DNA of 58,999 nucleotides, from assembly GCA_009602725.1 (NCBI GenBank), contig WELB01000008.1, positions 118,890-177,888 of the forward strand. The letters run 5' to 3'. The notes beneath the pieces were generated by a model. That model saw nothing but the letters and a program-made list of their open reading frames with translations, ran no database searches and had not been told where the DNA came from. The DNA is from Spirogloea muscicola (lineage: Eukaryota). Below are positions 12,201 through 23,364 of the stretch, piece after piece. Position 1 is the stretch's first letter; every line of letters starts with the position of its first letter. The position numbers and the translations under genes are program-made.

Positions 12201-12890
12201 TTCGCCAGGAGGACAGGGACAGGGAGGAGGTCCCCGCATCATTGTGGATGTCGTGACTTCCCACTCCGTCGACTCTGCCAACACCTGAAAGGCGGCTTCG
12301 ACAGCAGGGCACGCAGTCGGACTGGCGGCCCGTGGCAAGGAGCGCAAATATGCCGATCACCCTGCTGGTGATGAATTCGCGGCACGGACGATGTCCACGG
12401 GGCTTTCGGCAGTCGCTGGCTGGACCTCCTGCAGCGGCTTGCCCGGCAGGCCTGGCAAGCCATCGATGGGTGGCCGGGTCCGCAAGTGGAGCTGGACGGC
12501 TTCAACATTGCCATCTCGCTTGCGCAGGTCTTCTGCATGCAGCTGTCAGTCTCGTTCCAGCGCTCCCTGGCTCACGTGGTCCACTTGCGAGCAGGCCCCG
12601 CAATGGCTGCTGCATCTGTCCAGGCTGAGTGCCTCTTTCCCAGCTGCGAGCTAATCCGACTTGCTGCTGCTCACTCGTGGCTTCCATCTGCGGTAGTCTC
12701 GTGTTTAGCTGTGTGGTCTTGGGCACCTTCTGGCACTTTGGACCGTGTCCATTCCTTTTGGGCTGGCCTTTCCCAGCCCCTACCTTCAGTGGTCGAGCAC
12801 TTCTCTCTTTTCTGGCCCCTTCTGACTCTGGTCATACTTTTTCCTTTTGGTCTGGCCGATAACAGCCACCGCCCTCTACTGGAGGAGACC
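9290..12890. mobile_element. Large nest of CRE-like retroelement remnants in both orientations
   Basis: Several degenerate RLE C-termini (9400-9600 +, 9900-10157 -, 10980-11090 +, 11400-11680 +, 12170-12630 +) and many copies of the conserved 3' tail. Confidence 0.75.
12170..12630 (+). pseudogene. Restriction-like endonuclease (RLE) domain remnant of a non-LTR retrotransposon
   Basis: RRADLVAISPG...IIVDVVTSH...(stop)...ARGKERKYADHPAGDEF fits the R(P/A)D...D(V)...KxxKY signature. Contains an in-frame stop and a frameshift. Confidence 0.75.
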
Positions 12891-13037
12891 TGTCTTTCCT
12901 CCTCGTTAGTAATTGGGCTGCTTCCTCATCTCTTATCGGCGGGCCCCGGACGGCGCCGACAGTGTCCCCCACCGCCACCCTCGGAACCGGTAAAATATGT
13001 CGGCGACGTGGATGACTGCAGGCTGCGCCCACGATCA

Positions 13038-13076
<39 letters not shown>

Positions 13077-13185
13077 GAAGGCCACCGCGATTGGCGGCGC
13101 GATTGACGGCGCGATCACCTGCGCGTCCTCGGCCGGGCGCTCTCGGCGCTAAGACTGCGGCGACCGCCCGTGCCGGCGGCTGCAG

Positions 13186-13295
<110 letters not shown>

Positions 13296-13439
13296 NNNNN
13301 NNNNNNNNNNNNNNNNNNNNNNNNNNNNNNNNNNNNNNNNNNNNNNNNNNNNNNNNNNNNNNNNNNNNNNNNNNNNNNNNNNNNNNNNNNNNNNNNNNNN
13401 NNNNNNNNNNNNNNNNNNNNNNNNNNNNNNNNNNNNNNN

Positions 13440-15121
13440 TGGCCCCGCAGCGCAGCGCCCGGGACGACGGCGGCGGCGGCCTGCGGGGCCTGCGCTCCAG
13501 CACCCTCGCCGCGCTGCAGTGCTTCCCGGCCGCGCTGCCGCTCCTCCCGGCCTTCTTCCCCTCCACTCCAGGTCCCGGCCACCACTCACGACCACCGCCG
13601 TCGTCGGCCGTCGTTAGCGCTGCCGCTGCGGCCATGGACTGTCGCGCTCATGGCCATGAATTTGGCGCGTCGTCTGTGTGCAGATGCGCTGGAGAGCCGT
13701 CCGCCGCCGCCGAGCGCCGAGCTGCGACTGCGGACGCTGGAGCACGGCTGGCCGTGGCGGCGGCAGCCCCAGGCGGACCCGGAGGACGCCGCCGCCGACT
13801 CCCTGGCGGCGCGCCTCTCGCCGCCCGAGGTCTGCGCCATCGGCGACCGCATCTGGCGCAACGAGTGCGGCGGCACGACCGCCGGGCTCACGACGTGGAA
13901 CCACGGCGAGAACTTCGCCTCGCTCGGCATCGGCCACTGCATCTGGTGAGCCTGTGGGGCCAGGAACTTGAGTGGTGCCACAAGGGATGCGCACCTCAGT
14001 TGCTGAGTTTGCCTGGATATCGGCTCCAGTTAGCTCCAGTTGGCTTCAGCTTGCTGTGGAGATTGGCCCCAATTAGCTCCACTTTGCTCCAGTCGGCTCC
14101 AGCTTGACGTCTTGCGGTCCTGTGCTGCGTTTGACAGGTACCCACGGTGGCACCGTGGCCCGTACGAGGAGAGCTTCCCGGCGCTCATCGCGTACCTCAG
14201 GGAGCAGCCGGGCGTCGACGTGCCCGGCTGGCTCGCCGGGCGCCGCCGGACGCCGCCCTGCCCCTGGAGGAGGTAGCTTGATCTCGCTCCCGGGCACGTC
14301 AGCCTGGTCTCATTGCTGAGGGCTGTTGAGGTCTTCGAGTGGTGATTGATGGCTGCCTGTAAGTGTGAGCAGCAAGGAGGAGTTCGATGCGGCGCGACAC
14401 TCGGAGCGAATGGTGGAGCTACGCGAGCTGCTGGCAGCCACGGTGCCGCTGCAGTGCCACTTCATGACCCGTCGCCTGGCGGGCGCGCTGCCCAAGATGG
14501 TGAGCAGCGTCTCGTCAGCCGAGCGGCGGGCCATCCGGGACCGTTTCCTCAGCGTTGCAGGTGAGCACTGTGGCTACCTGTGGCTACCTCAAGAGTCCTT
14601 GTCCTGGCATCAATTTTGACTTCTGTATCAGATATGGGAAGCCCTCAATTACATTACCTGTAGTGGGTCATGTTGCATGCGAGTCTTTGTTAGCTTGTAG
14701 TCAAGGGCAATTGCAGCCTTACCACGTCTTCAGTAGTCTTGCTATGCTAGATGTGTCGTATCTGGTTCTGCTCTTTGTCGCCTGTGGTTGACTTAAGAGT
14801 CCATTGGTGCTCATTGCAGCTGAGCCAATGGGGCTGTACGTCCTCATGGACTACGTCAACTTCAAGGGCGAGGGCACTCAGGGCTCTGAGCAGTACAAAG
14901 GCGCTGGCTGGGGCCTGCTGCAAGTCCTGCAGGCCATGGGCGACGCCTGGAAGGATGACCGCCCCAGCAGAAGCTGCGAGGGTTCTGCCAAGCAGGCGTT
15001 TGTGGCGGCCGGCAAGCGCGTGCTCTGCCAGCGGGTTGCGAATTCACCGCCGGACCGCGGCGAAGTTCGGTGGCTCGATGGCTGGGCAAACCGCCTTGAC
15101 ACCTACGTCCAACCTGTATAG
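13440..15121 (+). CDS. Bacterial-type conserved hypothetical protein with lysozyme-like motifs; intron-containing; start uncertain
   Basis: Exons 13684-13945, 14138-14272, 14373-14560 and 14820-15121 join through GT-AG introns with consistent phases. Product: IGDRIWRNECGG...WNHGENFASLGIGHCIWYP...GPYEESFP...PCPW...DYVNFKGEG...YKGAGWGLLQVL...RWLDGWANRLDTY. A possible upstream exon ends at 13571. Confidence 0.85.
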
Positions 15122-15758
15122 GAGGTCGCATTGGCTTCCCCCTCCTTATCCTTTTGTACAGATTAGCAATGATTTGCTCCCTCCAATTGATTGTGGCGAA
15201 GCAGGACAAATTGCTGAGCTGCTTAAGAGAGATTGTAGAGTAGTTGCCCATTGTTTGATACTCCTGCTTGATTGATACAAGGCATGCTCCTGAAAAGCCA
15301 GGAGAGACGGATAGAGAGGCATCATCCAGCAAGCATTTGCCAAATAGGATGGCATGTTGCTTGCTGATTGGCAGATGCACGCAGGTGCTCAAGGCAGAAT
15401 CTAGCTCTGCATGTGTGCTCTGTGTTATCCGTACTAACTCAAGTGCACTCCATTGAACTAGGTAGGCTCAAGAAATCCTCCAAGTACGGTACAAATACAC
15501 CAAGCCGTGCTGACATGAAGCACAGTCTTGATGTACTAGTCATGCAAAGGTTTACACTCAACAGTGTCTACAAATGGACTTCACAGTATCTACAAACAGA
15601 CCAGTAACTTCTGTCACTAAGACGACAGCTGACAGTTTTTGGCCACCTATTAGCAACCAGCCCAGGCTAGCGTCAGCACAATACTGCAAAACCGGGTTCA
15701 TCAAGGTTGATCTTAGGAAGGCAGAAACAGGCGAGTCGCACATAAGTAACGCATCCGA

Positions 15759-17859
15759 CTACTTGGCCTGAACGCCATCCAGTGTTCGCTCGTAGTCCTC
15801 AATGGACTTGAAGAGCTCCGAGAAGTTGCCCTTTCCAAAGCCGCCGCAGCCCCCCCGCTGATACTCCTCACCAGAGGCACTCTTCTCCATGCAACCAATG
15901 CGCTGGATGACTTCGATGAAGATAGTCGGCCTAGGAGATACAAGATGCGGTGTGTCATCGGGAATGACTACGCCTTCTTTGCACACTAGTGACTATACAT
16001 ATACTGCAGGTATGTGGAACTCACGAGCAAGGCACAGAAGCAACTGCACGATCAAGATAAGTAAGCTTAACTGAGCAATTTCGACAAACAAAACTGAGGG
16101 CTCACAATGCAAGAAGTGCTTTGACCGTGACTTTCACCTGACTCACCTATCTCCCAGCGGCTTGGTGAATATCTGCAGGAGAATGCCTTGGTCGTCTTTG
16201 TCCACCAGCAGGCCAAGCTCCCTTGCCTCCGCCAACTGCGCCTCTGTGAGATCATCGCCCACCTTTCGAGGCAGCTCCTCGTAGTACTTGTCAGAGGGCC
16301 GCGGCATGAAGTCAAAGCCCGCAATGTGAGTCTGAGCGCGCATCTCGCGCAAAGTGGCGAAGATGTCCACGCACTTGAGTGCCAGGTGCTGCAAACCTGG
16401 CCCCTCATTGTGCTCCAGGTACGTCTGCCACTCAGAGATGGACAGAGGTCTTACTACAAGTAGTGCAGCTACATCTGTTGTTGCTATTGTGTGAGGATCG
16501 CAGTGAGCACCATCTACTGAAGCACCAAGCAACCTACCAACAAGCATGTCAACTCACACTTCCTGCCCCAAGACACTGCGATGGAAGCGCGCCAAGCAAT
16601 TCACCTGTATCTGGGACTTGCGCTTGGTACCAAAAGTTGGCTCGTTGACGGGGAGGATGACCATCTCATTGTTGCTGGCTAGCACCTTGCTGTTGAGTCC
16701 ACTGTCGATTGTGCCGACATCCTCGGCCGTGAACTCGGCAAAGTCGTGGAAGCCCGTGAATCGCGAAATATAATCGATTGCCTCCTTGAGGTCCGGCACA
16801 TTGCCCACGGCATGATCAAGCCGCGTGAGGCCATAGCAGAGCGGTGGTGACTCGACAGGCTCATAGTTGGGCAGAAACGGCCCTCGAAAGGTCCCAGTGC
16901 TTATGTACCGCAGTACGACGTCGCCGTATAGGTGCACCTCGGCAATACTTAGCTCCTCCTGACTGGTGTTGTCCACCAGTGTCTGCGGCGCAAGTATTCC
17001 TACCGCCCCATTTGCGATGCTTTCCTCGTATGCCACGGCCGCGTCACCCACAAGCAAGCCAATTGCTCTCACTGCAAGGTCAAGGAACACCATTGACTAG
17101 CCAGATTAGATGATTCAGTCGCAAGTTACAAGACGAAGGCCGTAGTAGAAGAAAAGTCTGTTGTGCATGTGAAAGTGCGTAAGCAGATGACTTAATCAAG
17201 AGAAAGAAATGGACAGCATGCTCAAGGGGGGCAGACTAGCAGGAGGGAGACTGCTTTGAGAATCGAGGACCTGACCGCCAAGCCCATGTGTCGCAAAGAA
17301 CCGCCGCGCATTGTCAGCTTGGAAAGCAGGGTGCGGCATCCTTGTAGAGCTTTGGTCAATCTTGCTGGAGTACGGCGCGGTGAAGACAAAGACGAGGTCG
17401 TTGGACTGCAGGACGTAGCTGCAGTACGTCTGTGAGCAGTTTCACGCGTTTAACTGCTGTCAGCCGGCTGCAATCTCCACAATCACAACCTTTCACACCA
17501 ATACCGCGAAGACCAATGGACTTAGAGCTAGGGGCAACAGTCCGACTAGGCTGGCTCGCCGGGCTCTTGGAGCGACTCAGCCTGTAAGCGCCTCACCGCG
17601 GCAAGCAGGAGTGGCCCGGCGGCGAGCCGCCACTCACCTGGTTGCCCGTCGTCTGGTTGGACTTGGCGACGAGGCGCATGCCGAGGCCGGTGGCGAAGCG
17701 CTGGTACGTGCACGTCGCGTCGCCGCAGTAAAACTCCACGTGGTGGAAGCGCAGCGCCTCGAAGCGGTCCGTGCGGGGGTTGTGGCGCTGGAATCTGTCG
17801 AAGCCGGTCAGCGTGGCCGTCGATGTGGAGACGGCGCCCGCCGCGGCCGCCGGCGCCAT
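15759..17859 (-). CDS. HPPD: 4-hydroxyphenylpyruvate dioxygenase
   Basis: Five exons (17859-17639, ~17430-17276, 17071-~16605, ~16430-16148, ~15930-15759). Motifs FHHVEFYCGDA, DHAVGNV, FAEFTAEDVGT, EGPGLQHLAL, FIEVIQR, GGCGGFGKGNFSELF. Confidence 0.96.
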
Positions 17860-18030
17860 GTCGTCGCCGCCTTCGGAGCTGCCCCGGAGCGAGGGCCGGC
17901 CCGCGATACAATATCAGGACCAGCGCACGGCCTTAAAGCCGTCGCACGCAGGGCGAGTCGAAGGCCAGCCGCTCGCTGCGCCACGGCCCGCGGCGACGGC
18001 GGCGGCGGCGTCGGCGGCGGCGGCGCTCAC

Positions 18031-18122
18031 TCGGAGTCGAGCGTGTCGAGGCGGAGACAGCCCGCCTGGTCGAGGCTGGCGAAGAAGGCGTCGGAGATCT
18101 GCTGCCCGAGCGAGTTCAGCAT
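18031..18122 (-). CDS. Small upstream coding exon (MLNSLGQQISDAFFASLDQAGCLRLDTLDS) that can splice in frame to HPPD
   Basis: Coding-like composition inside a low-complexity region. GTGAGC donor at 18030 and CAG acceptor at 17881-17879 give an in-frame join to the HPPD ATG. Confidence 0.5.
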
Positions 18123-18207
18123 CGGCGCCGCCGGCGCCGGCACCGCTGCCCTCCGGCCCCTGCGAGCAGCCTCCGGGGCCTGCCCCTCCGCCCGAGCGCC
18201 GGCGCAT

Positions 18208-18243
<36 letters not shown>

Positions 18244-18545
18244 AGGAAGGCGGTGTCGGCGCAGGGGCGCGAGAGGGGCAGCACCGAGAATCAGGCCCCG
18301 TTCCCTGCTGACGGGGATGGGCCGCGAGGGGCCCGGGCCAGTCAGCGTCAGCGTTGTCAGCGGCGCTGACGCCTGACGAGGCGGAGCGACCCCGCAATCC
18401 CCGGCGGCGGCGGCGGAGGCGGCGGCAGCGGCGCCGCCGACCGCCGTGGACTTCGCGAGCGCGGTGGCGGCGGCGGCGTTGACTGCGGCGGCGTTGACGG
18501 CGGCGGCGGCGGCGGGGAGGGGCATGAGGTTGCGGCGGCGTACGG

Positions 18546-20460
18546 ATGGCCGGCGGCCGCACGCTGCCGCGCCTCCTGTGCCTGCACGGCCTCTACCAGG
18601 TGCCCTCAAACCCCAAAACCTGAATCCTGAGCCCACGGCTTGCCGCGTCTCGCTTGCCGTCGCGCACCCAGAAGGACTCCGCCGTCGTTCCCGAGCTCGT
18701 TGGCTGGCAGGGCAAGTGACCCGTCCGCCGCGGATGCCCCCGCCGCCGCCCGTTGCAGAACGGGAAGGTCTTCGCGCAGCGCGCGGGCGCCATCACCTCG
18801 GCCTTGGAAGGCGTCGCGGACGCCGGTGAGCCGCTGCGAGCTCCTCCTCGGCCGCCGCAGTGGCCGCAGCAGTGGCCGCGGCATGTCACGGCCGCTAACC
18901 AAATGGCCGCTATAGTCTTCGATGTTAGCTGAAGGCGCAGTCCCTTCTCTGCATAACCGCCGCCGCCGCCGCCGCCGCCGCCGCAGTGTTTGTATCGGCG
19001 CCCAATGTGGTGGAGCCTGTGGTGCGGCTGGGGTCATCTGCGGCAAGCGGGAGGCTGCTCTCGGGCATGCCCGGCAGCGAGCGGTGGCCGCCCGCCTGCA
19101 CTGACGTTGGCGCTGCGCCCCCCCGAGCAGCATCTGGCGACTGTCATGTCGCACGACTCAGTGACAAGCACGGACAGGCCCTCGCCAGCAGTGCTCCACG
19201 GCGCCGACTCGTTTGTGGAGCCGGCCCTCAGCTCGCGGACCACCATGCAGAAGAGCATGCCTGCGGAAGCAGAGCCGTTCGGCCAGGACCTGACCAAAGG
19301 GCGCCGTCGTCGACATTCGCAGCGACGGGCAATGGGCGGACCAGGTCGCTCCGGGGCCTGCACCTGGCTGTGGAGTTTGGCGGCGACCTCGCCGAAGGCT
19401 ACCGTGCCTGGTTCTTGCAGAGGGCAGCGCCCGAGGCTGAGGAGGCGGCTTACGCGCGCTCGCTCGAGCTCCTCCATAACACCAACCGCCGCAAGGTGTG
19501 GCTCTCGCCTCCTCGCCGCCTCGTCTGTCCGTCGGCTAAGTCTGCCATTTGACTCTCACAAGTCCCACTTTGATGGTGCGGCCTGCAGGGCCCTTTCGCT
19601 GGTGAGTGACGCGCTCCGTTGCTGTACCAGAACAGCACTTTGGTGATGATAGAGTATGGCTGGTTCTCTTAAGATTTAGCATAGCATGCAGCAGCAAGCA
19701 AGGGGTCAGTCGCCACTTGCTCTACCTGCAGTTGTTGCAATTGTCCTGGGTTGCAGCAGACAAAGGCCACTGTTCTTGTGCCCAGACACAACATCCAAAA
19801 TGATCCTGATTGGCAACCACACAGCAGTACTTGGAAGCAGATTAGGTGACGGGAAAGCAAACCCTTTCTGGCTTTCTAGTGCAGGAAGATCCTGCAGCAC
19901 GTTTATCTGTGCAGACTGTGGCATCCACATGCAGGCGTGCTGGGCTTCTCGCAAGGTGCCACAATGGCGGGGCTCATGTGCACCGCTGCGGTGAGCGCCA
20001 GCTTGGACATCCGGCCACTCGTGTCGGTCCTGTGCTCCGGAAGAGTTTCACAGGCCCCCCACCTTCAGCCGGCCTACAGGTCGGGCCTGCTGCACGGCGT
20101 CAGGTCGCTGCACGTCATCGGCCTCCAGGACCAGGTCGTCTTTCCCGAGCACAGCCTGGAGCTCTTTGGCTACTTCCAGGAGGCATCAAGAGGGCTTACC
20201 AAAAAGGTTCATCACAACCTGAAGATGCCTTCTGTGAATACTGAAGAGGCATAGAGCAGCTGCTAGTTTATTCTCCACGGTTGTGCAAAACGTTGTGCAC
20301 GTTGTGGCACCTGGCCTTTCAACACACTTGCAACTGCTGCTTATTGGCCTCACTTGCAGTTCACCTGCACTGACTACAGGTGGAGCATGACGGTGGACAC
20401 ACCTTACCTTTTCGCAAGGACATTGTAGATTGGTTGCACGACAGCCTTGGCGGTTGCTAG
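18546..20460 (+). CDS. FSH1/OVCA2-family serine hydrolase
   Basis: Exons 18546-18599 (LLCLHGLYQ), 18759-18826, 18987-19495, 19589-19601, 19935-20206 (GFSQG; HVIGLQD) and 20380-20460 (EHDGGHTLP). The Ser-Asp-His triad is complete. Confidence 0.9.
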
Positions 20461-20798
20461 CAGGGCGCATGGAGGCCTCGCCAGAACGTAAGCAAGTATT
20501 GCTGCCAGCATTGGACGGCAATGTTTGTATTGAGTTCGATCTCGTGACATAAGAGGAGTACTTAGCGTCATCCAGGGACAAGTCTAATTGGGCAATGCAG
20601 CTTGGCTGCCTCGCCTGGCAAGTGTTGCAGCATCACTGGAACTTGAGCAACAAGTGTTTCACGTAGCTCGTTTTGCTCCACATGACCTCTAAAGCATATA
20701 AGAGGACGCATAACATGGAACACAAAGCAAGAGCATGAATGTGGAACAGGTCTGTACACTTCGAACTTGGTGTGTCAAATGTCAGATTGACAGCAACA

Positions 20799-23060
20799 TC
20801 AAGCCTGAACGTAATCACTGGGAGTAGACTCCCAGATGATTGTGCCATCGCAGGTGCAAAGTTGCTTGTAGTTTTGCCCGACCCCAGCGCTTCTGGCTAT
20901 CACAGCTGCTACTGCATCCTCATTGTGGGTGCCACCTTGGATGACGACAGCCCGGCCAATCAAATCCCAAATTTTCAGCATCCCCTTCGCCGAGGACGTC
21001 TCAGCATGACCCTTCGTATCAGCCACAAGGCTGCCAAGGTCACCAAGCCTCTCCCCCTGCCAGCACATGTAATGACAAAAGGGATGCTCAACGGTAGCCA
21101 ATAGCACATTTCAGAATGTGACTTGTTGATGATGCTTTGCAGATGACAAAGCCAACCACCAGACTCCCACCATCATAAGCACGAACTTTGTGCAAAGCTA
21201 GCTATGGGAGTCGAAGAGCACTGTAAGTGTCAATAAACAGGTGCCCCAGTGCAGTTCTGCAAGGAGGAGCCCAACCTCACAACCATTGACCCCGTTGTAG
21301 AGGCCCCCCGTGCTTGCTGCCCCCTTTGTGAGATCACCATACTCGTTGATGGACCAGCTGTGGCAGCCTGGAGAAAGGCCATCAATTGTGGCTTCCAAAC
21401 GTACCTGCTCTTGACTTACTTGTGCAAATCGCACAACACCGAAGACTCTGGGCCCCTTAAACTCTGCAACAGCTGCACTAAGAGCAAGCTCTGCACAAGG
21501 ATGGCATTTAGGAAAATGCTTTAAAAATTTCATAGCGTTTGAGAACGAAATCAACATAGGAGCACAATCTTGTGTAAGTACATGAAAGCATCCAGTGCTA
21601 CTACACTACAGGTATAGTAGTAAAGGAGATAGTTGATTGCAATTCTGTTGTGGAAAGCCCTGCTCGATGAGCCTTAAATTCCTTCCACTTGGTCCTAGCG
21701 CACTTGCTATGCTCATCCTTAATGCACTTGTTATGCTCGTGATGGTGCAGGTAGGTGTAGAATCAGATTGATGAGATGATATGTGAAGCACCTGCCGGAG
21801 AGCCCTGCCCAATGAGCCTTGACTTCCTTCCACTCTCTTCCAGCGCACTGGTCAAGCTCGTGAGTGTGCTGGTACCCAGCACTCGCACGACCTGGTTGGG
21901 CAGGTCAACATCTACGTGCTGCACACCTGTGTAAACACAAAGCACAAAAGCTCTTCAGAAAGACATCAGACGCTGTGTGAGCTTTCAGTTGCTCTGCGAG
22001 CACAAGCCCTGTCATTGACCACTTCCAAGCTCATGACAACATCACAAAGTTTTTCCTTAGAAGCTAGAAGCTCTTGGACTTTACCTTCAAGCAATTCAAG
22101 CTTGGTCCGTACTGACTTCACACAACCCTCACACTTCATATCCACCATAAACTCTGTCTACAGACGATTGCAAGGGCTCGACAATAATTGCTGTCAGGTC
22201 ATCTCGTTAAGCTGTTGTCTAAGTGCGCAACTCAGCCCTTCGCGGCCATGACTTTAACAAGAGTGCGGGAGGCGGTCACAACATGCACACGCATCAACCA
22301 ATGTTGTCCAGGTAGTGCTCGAGCACTGTATCATTATTACTCAGACCAAGCTGACCGGGATGAAAATATGTTATATTCGTCTAAGAGCAGATAACAGAAG
22401 CAAAATAAGCAGGCAGTGAAGCCGCCAGCTCCCATCAGTCAGGAGATGGCAAAGCGGAGCTGCCCCGGATCGATACTTGATAAATATTCCTGCGCCAGTG
22501 TTACGAGCAGGCAGATGAAAGCCACTGCTAATATAAACTGCTCGATTCCTCACCATCAGCTCAGGCAGTGGTTCGTTACCCTGCATCAAGGAAGCCATCA
22601 GTCAGTCCAGCAGCGGACGGAAAATTGTCAGTGCAATCCTTCCAGGCAATTTGGAATGGCAGAGCCACTGCTGACTTAGCAGCTTGCCATAACATTTAAG
22701 CTGCAAATAAGGAGTTGCAGCTCCGAAGCACAGCTCCGATTCAGCACCAGGGCAGCTGCCGCCAAGTGCGGCAGCAATTGCTCGTCTCACCTTCGACGGA
22801 GCTTGGACTTCCATGGCAGTAACGCCCGCGGAGGCCGTCGCTTGCCCGGGCACCGCGGCCGTGCGCGCAAGAGGTCGTCGGGCGCCGTTGTGGAGGCTGC
22901 CGAAGCTCGCGCCGACGCCGCTGCCGGCACCGAAAGACTGGCAGGCTGGCGCCGCCTCGCCGCGCACGCAGGCAAGAGGACGAGGCAGCAGCGCAGCCGC
23001 CGCCGCCGCCGCCGCCGCCGCCGCTGCGGGGCCGGCGCAGGCGCGCAGGGCGGCGGCCAT
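20799..23060 (-). CDS. CCS: Copper chaperone for superoxide dismutase with N-terminal transit-peptide-like region
   Basis: HMA motif MKCEGCV, SOD-like domain (HSWSINEYGDLTKGAASTG, LGDLG, DLIGRAVV), C-terminal ARSAGVGQNYKQLCTCDG. Six exons, including a 27-nt exon at 22581-22555. Confidence 0.95.
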
Positions 23061-23364
23061 GGAATTCCTGCCACCAGTGGCTTCTGTCAACTCCGATTCT
23101 TGAGCACTGCTCAATGCTTTACCCAGGGGCTCAGGCCCGTGCCGTAAAATTCAATTGGTATGCAAATATCCTCGCGCTTCCCGTTGCAGCAGCTAGTTGT
23201 CGCGGCGCCTGCGCCGGCGTTGGCGGCGCAGGCCGCGGCGGCCTAGGCGCCGGCGGCGGCGTGAGCGAGCCTTGTCTAGTCTAGGGCTTGAGCTGTCTGG
23301 AGTCCCTGCTCTCGGCCGCCGCCGCAACCGCCGAGGTCCCGCGGCAGCTCATGAGCGCGCCGGG

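Noticed and set aside
18608..18635. Degenerate telomere-like heptamers in FSH1 intron 1
   Set aside because: No exact AAACCCT unit; too short to support.
20207..20254. Apparent loss of the catalytic His in the serine hydrolase
   Set aside because: A further exon (20380-20460) supplies EHDGGHTLP.
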